The position numbers were made by a program, and so were the translations under genes. Positions 11,771-23,047 of a stretch of 64,000 bases of DNA are shown piece by piece; within the stretch, counting starts at the first letter, position 1; every line of letters starts with the position of its first letter. The DNA is from Haliotis cracherodii (taxonomy: Eukaryota): positions 3,410,001-3,474,000 of the forward strand of contig NW_027266279.1 of the NCBI RefSeq assembly GCF_022045235.1, given 5' to 3'. The notes below the pieces were generated by a model. That model ran no database searches and was not told where the DNA came from. It saw nothing but the letters and a program-made list of their open reading frames with translations.

Positions 11771-13341
11771 TTCTCTTTCTTCATAAATGAACTTGGACCC
11801 GTGAAGATCCGGGGTAGAATAGGGCTTCAGCAACCCATGCTTGCTGTTAAAGGCGACTATGCTTGTCGTAAGAGGCGACGAACGGGATCGGGTGGTCAGG
11901 CTCGCTGACTTGTTTGATGCATGTTATCGATCCCAATTGCGTGGATCGATGCTCATGATGTCAATCACTGGATTGTCAGGTCCAGACTCGATTATTTATA
12001 GACCGCCGTCAAATAGCTGGAATGTTGCTGAGTGCGGCGTTAAACAACAGACCAACCAACCAACCAGCCAACCAATAGATGAACTTGTTCTTGAAGTTAA
12101 CTCAAAATCTAAAAATGGCATCCAGTTATATCCAGATGTAATAAGAATATTCCTTTTACTCTTTAATGACGATGTTGTCCTTTTTTCTGATTCGGTAATT
12201 GGTCTTCAACGTCAAATCAATATTTTGAAAAATTATTGTCACAAGTGGTAACTGCCCGTCAATCTAAATAAAACTAAAGTTCTTGTTTTTAAAAACGATG
12301 GGAAATTATCAATTTTCTAGATATTTATAAATATCTAGAATCTACATCTGTTAAAGTTAACAAGTGTTGGTATAAATCCTACAAAGTTTGTTAAATTATG
12401 ATAATCTGCCCTGCCTATCAAATACTTTCAATTTTTTTATACTAAGATAATGCCAATTTTACTTAATTGATCAGAAATATGGGGTTGTGGAAAATATGAG
12501 TGGATAGAAAAAGTTCATGTTAATGCATGTAAACGTGTAATTGGGGTTCGATCCTCCACCCCAAATGGTATTGTACTTAGGGAATGTGGCCGATACCCAC
12601 TGTATATATTTTCGCTTTAGCTCTGTATAAATTATTGCTTAGATTTAACGACTCTTCCATCCACGCGTTACCCAACGAAAGCCTGTAACATGCTATTCTA
12701 TCTCGATCAAAATGTCACTCACGCAATAAAAATGATTGGGCAACAAATATCAAAATCACCCTTTTCAGTTTAGGCCATGGACACGCATGGATGGATCAGG
12801 GTGTTGGAAATGTCAAGATGTTTATGTCATTATCACTCCAAAGAGCTAAAGATTGTTTTCAGCAAATGTGGTAAGAAAAACTGAGAAATAGCAAATATAC
12901 ATAAACCTATTCTCCCTTCAAACAACAATTTATACTCGAAGAATATCCAATATCTGTTTACAATAACACAACTTCGAGTATCGCTAGCGCTGTTCAGAGC
13001 AGCTTATTATGATTTAAAGATAAATAAAGGTTTATTTCAAAAGTCTAACAATATCTGTACACCTTGTAACCTTAATGTTGTAGAAAATGAATAGTATTTT
13101 ATGCTTGTGTGTAAAATCTATCTTCAATTAAGAAATAAGTAATTTTAAAGAAGTTTACATCCTATCCAAATATCAATTTGTTTTCCATACTCATGTCACT
13201 CTCAAATATTACATTATAACAAAATATTGCATTCTACATACATCATGCACTGCTAGTTAGAAGAAACCCACATACCTTGTAAATACGTTGAACTATGGGT
13301 CTGTGGCCTTTCAGTTTGCAATGAATAAACAATTTGAAAAC
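11771..13341 (+). mobile_element. 5'-truncated, decayed LINE (CR1/L2 group) ORF2 C-terminal fragment
   Basis: Remnant RT peptides FSFFINEL, LLFNDDVVLFSDSVIGLQRQINILKNYCHKW*LPVNLNKTKVLVF (degenerate F/YADD), SEIWG, IEKVHVNACKRVIGVRSSTPNGIVLRECGRYPLY and ENE*YFMLVCKIY; AATAAA near the 3' end; many stops; flanked by TA(T/C)AAATG at 11763-11770 and 13342-13349. Confidence 0.85.
11796..12074 (+). mobile_element. SINE family A, copy 4, nested in the LINE
   Basis: 13-bp target-site duplication ATAAATGAACTTG (11783-11795) / ATAGATGAACTTG (12075-12087); (CCAA)n tail. Confidence 0.9.
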
Positions 13342-14957
13342 TACAAATGAAAAAGGAAATCAGGTACACTATGAATCGAAATGCTCCCAATGGAGAAAGA
13401 AAGAGAGCAAGTTCTATTTTGACATTTTCCTCAACATGTATTTGTAAACTAACACCAGATTATATAATATCACCTTGGCATTGGAGAGTTTCATTCTTTA
13501 TTATTTACGTCTTCCTGAATAACCATCAAAACCTGCTGTGCATTTGTTACGTAAGGTGGCGCCCCTTGGATGTTTCTCTGTTGGATTAAATGCAAGGTGC
13601 ACTGACTCATCCAATGAATTCAAAGCAAACATGACATACAAAAAAAATGAATGGACAGATGTCTATAAAATGCAAGAACAGTGATTAGCTATTAATATCC
13701 TGTTACTATAGGTTTCGTTCTGCAGTTTCTTGGTCCCATCAATGACTATTGTAAAAGACGTATATCTGAAATGAGCAAACAGTAGATACTGCATGCTTTT
13801 CATTTGATGAAAATACACCGATATTTATGGAATTACAACACGTACTACATACCTCCATCGCCTTATATGCTGCTCGTAGCACCACAACACATACTGTAAG
13901 TAATATCTACTCAATAATGGACACAGAAGTGACCGTGCAGCCACTTATATTCGAGATATTTACACCTTTCTGAGAAGCGTAGGGCTACAGTCTGAAAGCA
14001 GAATATGAGACCGCTCCATGTCACACATCTGAGTTGCTTTGTTCAAAGCAGTTAAAAGAAAGCTAGACAATTAATTCAACTATTGTAGTCTGCATGTTTA
14101 AAATATTTCTTTGAGCTCTTTCCACACGATCGAAATCGCGTACCAATATATGCTGACCGCTGTAACCTGTAAGGAGCATACTATCTCCATTTGACTCAGC
14201 AATACAGTAAACTAAATGTAATGTCAACGGTATTACATTTAAGAAGGAGTGCTAAATGACATCCTATTATGGTGTGCGGATAGTGTATCAATGCAGTTAG
14301 CACACTGATAGTCAAATGGACAGGTGTGAAGTTAATTAGGTATGGTATGTTGCTACTTTCATACTATTGTAATTCTCCACAAGGTCAAAACTGCTAAAAT
14401 GCAGAAACGTCTAAAAGTGGACAAGAACAAGGTGAAGCATTTGGGGACGATTATGTAGGGTTGAAAATTCTTTAAATCTTGAGACAAAACATATTAGAGG
14501 GGAAGAGTTCTGTTTTTGACGCATACACAGTGAAGACAAAATGTTGAAATACATTAAAAGCAAAATGTTCTCATAGCTTAGATATAAAGGTATTTTGCAA
14601 TTATCAACGGAATCTGTTAAGCTAATTCTAGAGACGATGTGTATGATTTCACTACATGAAACTGATATATACCATGTATTTACAATTCTCTTTCCGACAA
14701 CACAGTCAAGTCAAGAAGTGAATTATTTGCAATGTTTAATTGTAAATTACCTTTTGTATTAAGAGGATTCATATGCCAACAATGGTACTAAAACTAACCC
14801 TCGCTGCAGCTGTTTTTGTAATCAACAGGATACGGTTCTCTGTATGTGCGTTTGTATTATACATCATGTACCACATAGGAGATATGTGTTTCTTCTTTAA
14901 ATTTGCAGGTAAGCAGTAAGTAGATACAAAGTCGAAAAGACATATTCATTTCATGGT

Positions 14958-14963
14958 TTTATT
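14958..14963 (-). terminator. Polyadenylation signal AATAAA of copy 1, present in every unit
   Basis: Plus-strand TTTATT ~113 nt past the stop codon, followed on the minus strand by U-rich TCTTTTCGACTTTGT. Confidence 0.8.
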
Positions 14964-15075
14964 TGAAGTCGTTTCTCAAAGTTGGCATTGAATAGTGTGG
15001 TGTAGCCAACGAGGCTATGACAACGATGACATCAAATGTCCAACATTTGATAGAAATGTGAAGAGCCTGTTGAGT

Positions 15076-15719
15076 TTAACCATGGTGGCCACCGCCTCCA
15101 TGGCCACCTCCTCCATGGCCGCCGCCACCGTGACCACCGCCGCCGCCGCCGCCACCATGACCACCTCCGTGGCCGCCACCTCCATGTCCGCCGCCACCAT
15201 GACCCCCACCACCTTTGCCGCCTCCTCCGTGGCCGCCACCCCCTTTGCCACCGCCTCCTTTTCCGCCACCTCCTCCGTGGCCGCCACCTCCTTTGCCACC
15301 GCCTCCTTTGCCACCACCTCCTTTGCCACCACCTCCTTTGCCACCGCCTCCTTTGCCACCGCCTCCCTTTCCACCGCCTCCCTTTCCACCGCCTCCATGT
15401 CCTCCTCCGCCTCCTTTGCCGCCACCCCCTCCGCGGCCACCATAGGCAGAGCCAAAGAAGGCTGTGAACACTAGAAAGGAGAACAGTGCATCTGTAGTTA
15501 AATGTCTTTAAAGAACAACGCAAGAATATAGTTTTCAACCTCATAATGTTGCCAATTACCTTTTGTACGCTCTTTAAGTCACGTTGTTGTAGAAAATACG
15601 CAATGAATTAAAAGATAAGTGAATTTATCAGTCCACATTTCAATAGAACTCACACAGCTCACGTTTGAAAGGTTGAACTTACCCAAGGCCACAACGAGTG
15701 CAATTTTATAGAGCTGCAT
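15076..15719 (-). CDS. Secreted Gly/Lys/His-rich protein copy 1, 143 aa; exons 15719-15683 and 15470-15076
   Basis: Donor G|GTAAGT at 15682, acceptor TCCTTTCTAG|TG at 15471; the join gives a signal peptide in frame with the Gly repeat; one extra GGGGK and an H>R change near the mature N-terminus. Confidence 0.9.
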
Positions 15720-15758
15720 CTTCACAGTTACGTCTATCCACAGTAGAATAAACGGTGT

Positions 15759-15794
15759 GAATGACCATATAGCAAATACACAAGGCCTTTTATA
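15759..15794 (-). promoter_or_regulatory. Core promoter of copy 1: TATAAAA (15794-15788) and Inr-like TCATTC (+1 A at ~15762), present in every unit
   Basis: TATA-to-Inr spacing ~32 nt; 43-nt 5'UTR to the ATG at 15719 (context GAAGATG). Confidence 0.8.
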
Positions 15795-17545
15795 CAAATG
15801 GATAAGGAAATCAGGACACTATGAATCGAAATACTCCCAATGGAGAAAGAAAGAGAACAAGTTCTATTTTGACTTTTTCCTTAACTTGTATTTGTAAACT
15901 AACACCAGATTATATAATATCACCTTGGCATTGGAGAGTTTCATTCTTTATTATTTACGTCTTCCTGAATAACCATCAAAACCTGCTGTGCATTTGTTAC
16001 GTAAGGTGGCGCCCCTTGGATGTTTCTCTGTTGGATTAAATGCAAGGTGCACTGACTCATCCAATGAATTCAAAGCAAATATGACATACAAAAAAATGAA
16101 TGGACAGATGTCTATAAAATGCAAGAACAATGATTAGCTGTTAATATCCTGTTACTATAGGTTTCGTTATGCAGTTTCTTGGTCCCATCAATGACTATTG
16201 TAAAAGACGTATATCTGAAATGAGCAAACAGTAGATACTGCATGCTTTTCATTTGATGAAAATACACCGATATTTATGGAATTACAACACGTACTACATG
16301 CCTCCATCGCCTTATATGCTGCTCGTAGCACCACACATACACATACTGTAAGTAATATCTACTCAATAATGGACACAGAAGTGACCGTGTAGCCACTTAT
16401 ACACGAGATATTTACACCTTTCTGAGAAGCGTAGGGATACAATAGGGCTACAGTCTGAAAGCAGAATATGAGACCGCTCCATGTCACACATCTGAGTTGC
16501 TTTGTTCAAAGCAGTTAAAAGAAAGCTAGACAATTAATTCAACTATTGTAGTCTGCATGTTTAAAATATTTCTTTGAGCTCTTTCCACACGATCGAAATC
16601 GCGTACCAATATATGCTGACCGCTGTAACCTGTAAGGAGCATACTATCTCCATTTGACTCAGCAATACAGTAAACTAAATGTAATGTCAACGGTATTACA
16701 TTTAAGAAGGAGTGCTAAATGACATCCTATTATGGTGTGCGGATAGTGTATCAATGCAGTTAGCACACTGATAGTCAAATGGACAGGTGTGAAGTTAATT
16801 AGGTATGGTATGTTGCTACTTTAATACTATTGTAATTCTCCACAAGGTCAAAACTGCTAAAATGCAGAAACGTCTAAAAGTGGACAAGAACAAGGTAGAT
16901 GTGAAGCATTTGGGGACGATTATGTAGGGTTGAAAAATTCTTTAAATCTTGAGACAAAACATATTAGAGGGGAAGAGTTCTGTTTTTGACGCATACACAG
17001 TGAAGACAAAATGTTGAAATACATTAAAAGCAAAATGTTCTCATAGCTTAGATATAAAGGTATTTTGCAATTATCAACGGAATCTGTTAAGCTAATTCTA
17101 GAGACGATGTGTATGATTTCACTACATGAAACTGATATATACCATGTATTTACAATTCTCTTTCCGACAACACAGTCAAGTCAAGAAGTGAATTATTTGC
17201 AATGTTTAATTGTAAATTACCTTTTGTATTAAGAGGATTCATATGCCAACAATGGTACTAAAACTAACCCTCGCTGCAGCTGTTTTTGTAATCAACAGGA
17301 TACGGTTCTCTGTATGTGCGTTTGTATTATACATCATGTACCACATAGGAGATATGTGTTTCTTCTTTAAATTTGCAGGTAAGCAGTAAGTAGATACAAA
17401 GTCGAAAAGACATATTCATTTCATGGTTTTATTTGAAGTCGTTTCTCAAAGTTGGCATTGAATAGTGTGGTGTAGCCAACGAGGCTATGACAACGATGAC
17501 ATCAAATGTCCAACATTTGATAGAAATGTGAAGAGCCTGTTGAGT

Positions 17546-18174
17546 TTAACCATGGTGGCCACCGCCTCCATGGCCACCTCCTCCATGGCCGCCGCCACCG
17601 TGACCACCGCCGCCGCCGCCGCCACCATGACCACCTCCGTGGCCGCCACCTCCATGTCCGCCGCCACCATGACCCCCACCACCTTTGCCGCCTCCTCCGT
17701 GGCCGCCACCCCCTTTGCCACCGCCTCCTTTTCCGCCACCTCCTCCGTGGCCGCCACCTCCTTTGCCACCGCCTCCTTTGCCACCACCTCCTTTGCCACC
17801 GCCTCCTTTGCCACCGCCTCCTTTGCCACCGCCTCCCTTTCCACCGCCTCCATGTCCTCCTCCGCCTCCTTTGCCGCCACCCCCTCCGTGGCCACCATAG
17901 GCAGAGCCAAAGAAGGCTGTGAACACTAGAAAGGAGAACAGTGCATCTGTAGTTAAATGTCTTTAAAGAACAACGCAAGAATATAGTTTTCAACCTCATA
18001 ATGTTGCCAATTACCTTTTGTACGCTCTTTAAGTCACGTTGTTGTAGAAAATACGCAATGAATTAAAAGATAAGTGAATTTATCAGTCCACATTTCAATA
18101 GAACTCACACAGCTCACGTTTGAAAGGTTGAACTTACCCAAGGCCACAACGAGTGCAATTTTATAGAGCTGCAT
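17546..18174 (-). CDS. GKH-rich protein copy 2, 138 aa (modal form); exons 18174-18138 and 17925-17546
   Basis: Same structure as copy 1. Confidence 0.9.
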
Positions 18175-19999
18175 CTTCACAGTTACGTCTATCCACAGTA
18201 GAATAAACGGTGTGAATGACCATATAGCAAATACACAAGGCCTTTTATACAAATGGATAAGGAAATCAGGACACTATGAATCGAAATACTCCCAATGGAG
18301 AAAGAAAGAGAACATGTTCTATTTTGACTTTTTCCTTAACATGTATTTGTAAACTAACACCAGATTATATAATATCACCTTGGCATTGGAGAGTTTCATT
18401 CTTTATTATTTACGTCTTCCTGAATAACCATCAAAACCTGCTGTGCATTTGTTACGTAAGGTGGCGCCCCTTGGATGTTTCTCTGTTGGATTAAATGCAA
18501 GGTGCACTGACTCATCCAATGAATTCAAAGCAAATATGACATACAAAAAAATGAATGGACAGATGTCTATAAAATGCAAGAACAATGATTAGCTGTTAAT
18601 ATCCTGTTACTATAGGTTTCGTTATGCAGTTTCTTGGTCCCATCAATGACTATTGTAAAAGACGTATATCTGAAATGAGCAAACAGTAGATACTGCATGC
18701 TTTTCATTTGATGAAAATACACCGATATTTATGGAATTACAACACGTACTACATACCTCCATCGCCTTATATGCTGCTCGTAGCACCACACATACACACA
18801 CTGCAAGTAATATCTACTCAATAATGGACACAGAAGTGACCGTGCAGCCACTTATACACGAGATATTTACACCTTTCTGAGAAGCGTAGGGATACAATAG
18901 GGCTACAGTCTGAAAGCAGAATATGAGACCGCTCCATGTCACACATCTGAGTTGCTTTGTTCAAAGCAGTTAAAAGAAAGCTAGACAATTAATTCAACTA
19001 TTGTAGTCTGCATGTTTCAAATATTTCTTTGAGCTCTTTCCACACGATCGAAATCGCGTACCAATATATGCTGACCGCTGTAACCTGTAAGGAGCATACT
19101 ATCTCCATTTGACTCAGCAATACAGTAAACTAAATGTAATGTCAACGGTATTACATTTAAGAAGGAGTGCTAAATGACATCCTATTATGGTGTGCGGATA
19201 GTGTATCAATGCAGTTAGCACACTGATAGTCAAATGGACAGGTGTGAAGTTAATTAGGTATGGTATATTGCTACTTTAATACTATTGTAATTCTCCACAA
19301 GGTCAAAACTGCTAAAATGCAGAAACGTCTAAAAGTGGACAAGAACAAGGTAGATGTGAAGCATTTGGGGACGATTAGGTAGGGTTGAAAATTCTTTAAA
19401 TCTTGAGACAAAACATATTAGAGGGGAAGAGTTCTGTTTTTGACGCATACACAGTGAAGACAAAATGTTGAAATACATTAAAAGCAAAATGTTCTCATAG
19501 GATAGATATAAAGGTATTTTGCAATTATCAACGGAATCTGTTAAGCTAATTCTAGAGACGATGTGTATGATTTCACTACATGAAACTGATATATACCATG
19601 TATTTACAATTCTCTTTCCGACAACACAGTCAAGTCAAGAAGTGAATTATTTGCAATGTTTAATTGTAAATTACCTTTTGTATTAGGAGGATTCATATGC
19701 CAACAATGGTACTAAAACTAACTCTCGCTGCAGCTGTTTTTGTAATAAACAGGATACGGTTCTCCGTATGTGCGTTTGTATTATACATCATGTACCACAT
19801 AGGAGATATGTGTTTCTTCTTTAAATTTGCAGGTAAGCAGTAAGTAGATACAAAGTCGAAAAGACATATTCATTTCATGGTTTTATTTGAAGTCGTTTCT
19901 CAAAGTTGGCATTGAATAGTGTGGTGTAGCCAACGAGGCTATGACAACGATGACATCAAATGTCCAACATTTGATAGAAATGTGAAGAGCCTGTTGAGT

Positions 20000-20610
20000 T
20001 TAACCATGGTGGCCACCGCCTCCATGGCCACCTCCTCCATGGCCGCCGCCGCCGCCGCCACCATGACCACCTCCGTGGCCGCCACCTCCATGTCCGCCGC
20101 CACCATGACCCCCACCACCTTTGCCGCCTCCTCCGTGGCCGCCACCCCCTTTGCCACCGCCTCCTTTTCCGCCACCTCCTCCGTGGCCGCCACCTCCTTT
20201 GCCACCGCCTCCTTTGCCACCACCTCCTTTGCCACCGCCTCCTTTGCCACCGCCTCCTTTGCCACCGCCTCCCTTTCCACCGCCTCCATGTCCTCCTCCG
20301 CCTCCTTTGCCGCCACCCCCTCCGTGGCCACCATAGGCAGAGCCAAAGAAGGCTGTGAACACTAGAAAGGAGAACAGTGCATCTGTAGTTAAATGTCTTT
20401 AAAGAACAACGCAAGAATATAGTTTTCAACCTCATAATGTTGCCAATTACCTTTTGTACGCTCTTTAAGTCACGTTGTTGTAGAAAATACGCAATGAATT
20501 AAAAGATAAGTGAATTTATCAGTCCACATTTCAATAGAACTCACACAGCTCACGTTTGAAAGGTTGAACTTACCCAAGGCCACAACGAGTGCAATTTTAT
20601 AGAGCTGCAT
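20000..20610 (-). CDS. GKH-rich protein copy 3, 132 aa (18-bp in-frame deletion)
   Basis: Exons 20610-20574 and 20361-20000. Confidence 0.9.
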
Positions 20611-22435
20611 CTTCACAGTTACGTCTATCCACAGTAGAATAAACGGTGTGAATGACCATATAGCAAATACACAAGGCCTTTTATACAAATGGATAAGGAA
20701 ATCAGGACACTATGAATCGAAATACTCCCAATGGAGAAAGAAAGAGAACAAGTTCTATTTTGAATTTTTCCTTAACATGTATTTGTAAACTAACACCAGA
20801 TTATATAATATCACCTTGGCATTGGAGAGTTTCATTCTTTATTATTTACGTCTTCCTGAATAACCATCAAAACCTGCTGTGCATTTGTTACGTAAGGTGG
20901 CGCCCCTTGGATGTTTCTCTGTTGGATTAAATGCAAGGTGCACTGACTCATCCAATGAATTCAAAGCAAATATGACATACAAAAAAATGAATGGACAGAT
21001 GTCTATAAAATGCAAGAACAATGATTAGCTGTTAATATCCTGTTACTATAGGTTTCGTTATGCAGTTTCTTGGTCAAATCAATGACTATTGTAAAAGACG
21101 TATATCTGAAATGAACAAACAGTAGATACTGCATGCTTTTCATTTGATGAAAATACACCGATATTTATGGAATTACAACACGTACTACATGCCTCCATCG
21201 CCTTATATGCTGCTCGTAGCACCACACATACACATACTGTAAGTAATATCTACTCAATAATGGACACAGAAGTGACCGTGCAGCCACTTATACACGAGAT
21301 ATTTACACCTTTCTGAGAAGCGTAGGGATACAATAGGGCTACAGTCTGAAAGCAGAATATTAGACCGCTCCATGTCACACATCTGAGTTGCTTTGTTCAA
21401 AGCAGTTAAAAGAAAGCTAGACAATTAATTCAACTATTGTAGTCTGCATGTTTAAAATATTTCTTTGAGCTCTTTCCACACGATCGAAATCGCGTACCAA
21501 TATATGCTGACCGCTGTAACCTGTAAGGAGCATACTATCTCCATTTGACTCAGCAATACAGTAAACTAAATGTAATGTCAACGGTATTACATTTAAGAAG
21601 GAGTGCTAAATGACATCCTATTATGGTGTGCGGATAGTGTATCAATGCAGTTAGCACACTGATAGTCAAATGGACAGGTGTGAAGTTAATTAGGTATGGT
21701 ATATTGCTACTTTAATACTATTGTAATTCTCCACAAGGTCAAAACTGCTAAAATGCAGAAACGTCTAAAAGTGGACAAGAACAAGGTAGATGTGAAGCAT
21801 TTGGGGACGATTATGTAGGGTTGAAAATTCTTTAAATCTTGAGACAAAACATATTAGAGGGGAAGAGTTCTGTTTTTGACGCATACACAGTGAAGACAAA
21901 ATGTTGAAATACATTAAAAGCAAAATGTTCTCATAGGATAGATATAAAGGTATTTTGCAATTATCAACGGAATCTGTTAAGCTAATTCTAGAGACGATGT
22001 GTATGATTTCACTACATGAAACTGATATATACCATGTATTTACAATTCTCTTTCCGACAACACAGTCAAGTCAAGAAGTGAATTATTTGCAATGTTTAAT
22101 TGTAAATTACCTTTTGTATTAGGAGGATTCATATGCCAACAATGGTACTAAAACTAACTCTCGCTGCAGCTGTTTTTGTAATAAACAGGATACGGTTCTC
22201 CGTATGTGCGTTTGTATTATACATCATGTACCACATAGGAGATATGTGTTTCTTCTTTAAATTTGCAGGTAAGCAGTAAGTAGATACAAAGTCGAAAAGA
22301 CATATTCATTTCATGGTTTTATTTGAAGTCGTTTCTCAAAGTTGGCATTGAATAGTGTGGTGTAGCCAACGAGGCTATGACAACGATGACATCAAATGTC
22401 CAACATTTGATAGAAATGTGAAGAGCCTGTTGAGT

Positions 22436-23047
22436 TTAACCATGGTGGCCACCGCCTCCATGGCCACCTCCTCCATGGCCGCCGCCGCCGCCGCCACCAT
22501 GACCACCTCCGTGGCCGCCACCTCCATGTCCGCCGCCACCATGACCCCCACCACCTTTGCCGCCTCCTCCGTGGCCGCCACCCCCTTTGCCACCGCCTCC
22601 TTTTCCGCCACCTCCTCCGTGGCCGCCACCTCCTTTGCCACCGCCTCCTTTGCCACCACCTCCTTTGCCACCGCCTCCTTTGCCACCGCCTCCTTTGCCA
22701 CCGCCTCCCTTTCCACCGCCTCCATGTCCTCCTCCGCCTCCTTTGCCGCCACCCCCCTCCGTGGCCACCATAGGCAGAGCCAAAGAAGGCTGTGAACACT
22801 AGAAAGGAGAACAGTGCATCTGTAGTTAAATGTCTTTAAAGAACAACGCAAGAATATAGTTTTCAACCTCATAATGTTGCCAATTACCTTTTGTACGCTC
22901 TTTAAGTCACGTTGTTGTAGAAAATACGCAATGAATTAAAAGATAAGTGAATTTATCAGTCCACATTTCAATAGAACTCACACAGCTCACGTTTGAAAGG
23001 TTGAACTTACCCAAGGCCACAACGAGTGCAATTTTATAGAGCTGCAT
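22436..23047 (-). pseudogene. GKH-rich copy 4 with +1 frameshift (C6 at 22752-22757); pseudogene, alternative-frame allele or sequencing error
   Basis: 6 C where the consensus has 5; the frame shifts just after the signal peptide into an Arg/Trp-rich frame ending at 22392. Confidence 0.6.

Noticed and set aside
14995-15474. Plus-strand Ala/Thr/Ser-rich and poly-Pro ORFs, and the minus-strand Ala/Glu/Val-rich ORF, repeated in every unit
   Set aside because: These are shadow frames of stop-free GGN codon repeats. They lack a promoter, splice or polyA context, and several use non-ATG starts.
15032-15544. Protamine-like Arg/Trp-rich ORF starting MRLKTIFLRCS
   Set aside because: Its ATG lies inside the predicted intron, so it is not an independent gene. 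The frame matters only for the frameshifted copies.
15697-15703. Metal response element core TGCACTC on the minus strand
   Set aside because: It lies within exon 1 codons (Ile-Ala-Leu); a single 7-mer is expected by chance.
15579-16039. Repeated 72-aa ORFs MYKRPCVF... (minus) and MNRNTPNG... (plus)
   Set aside because: The first begins at a TTG overlapping the TATA box, reads through exon 1 into the intron, and has a stop in copies 18-20. The second lies in promoter DNA with no coding features. Both recur only because the unit is duplicated.
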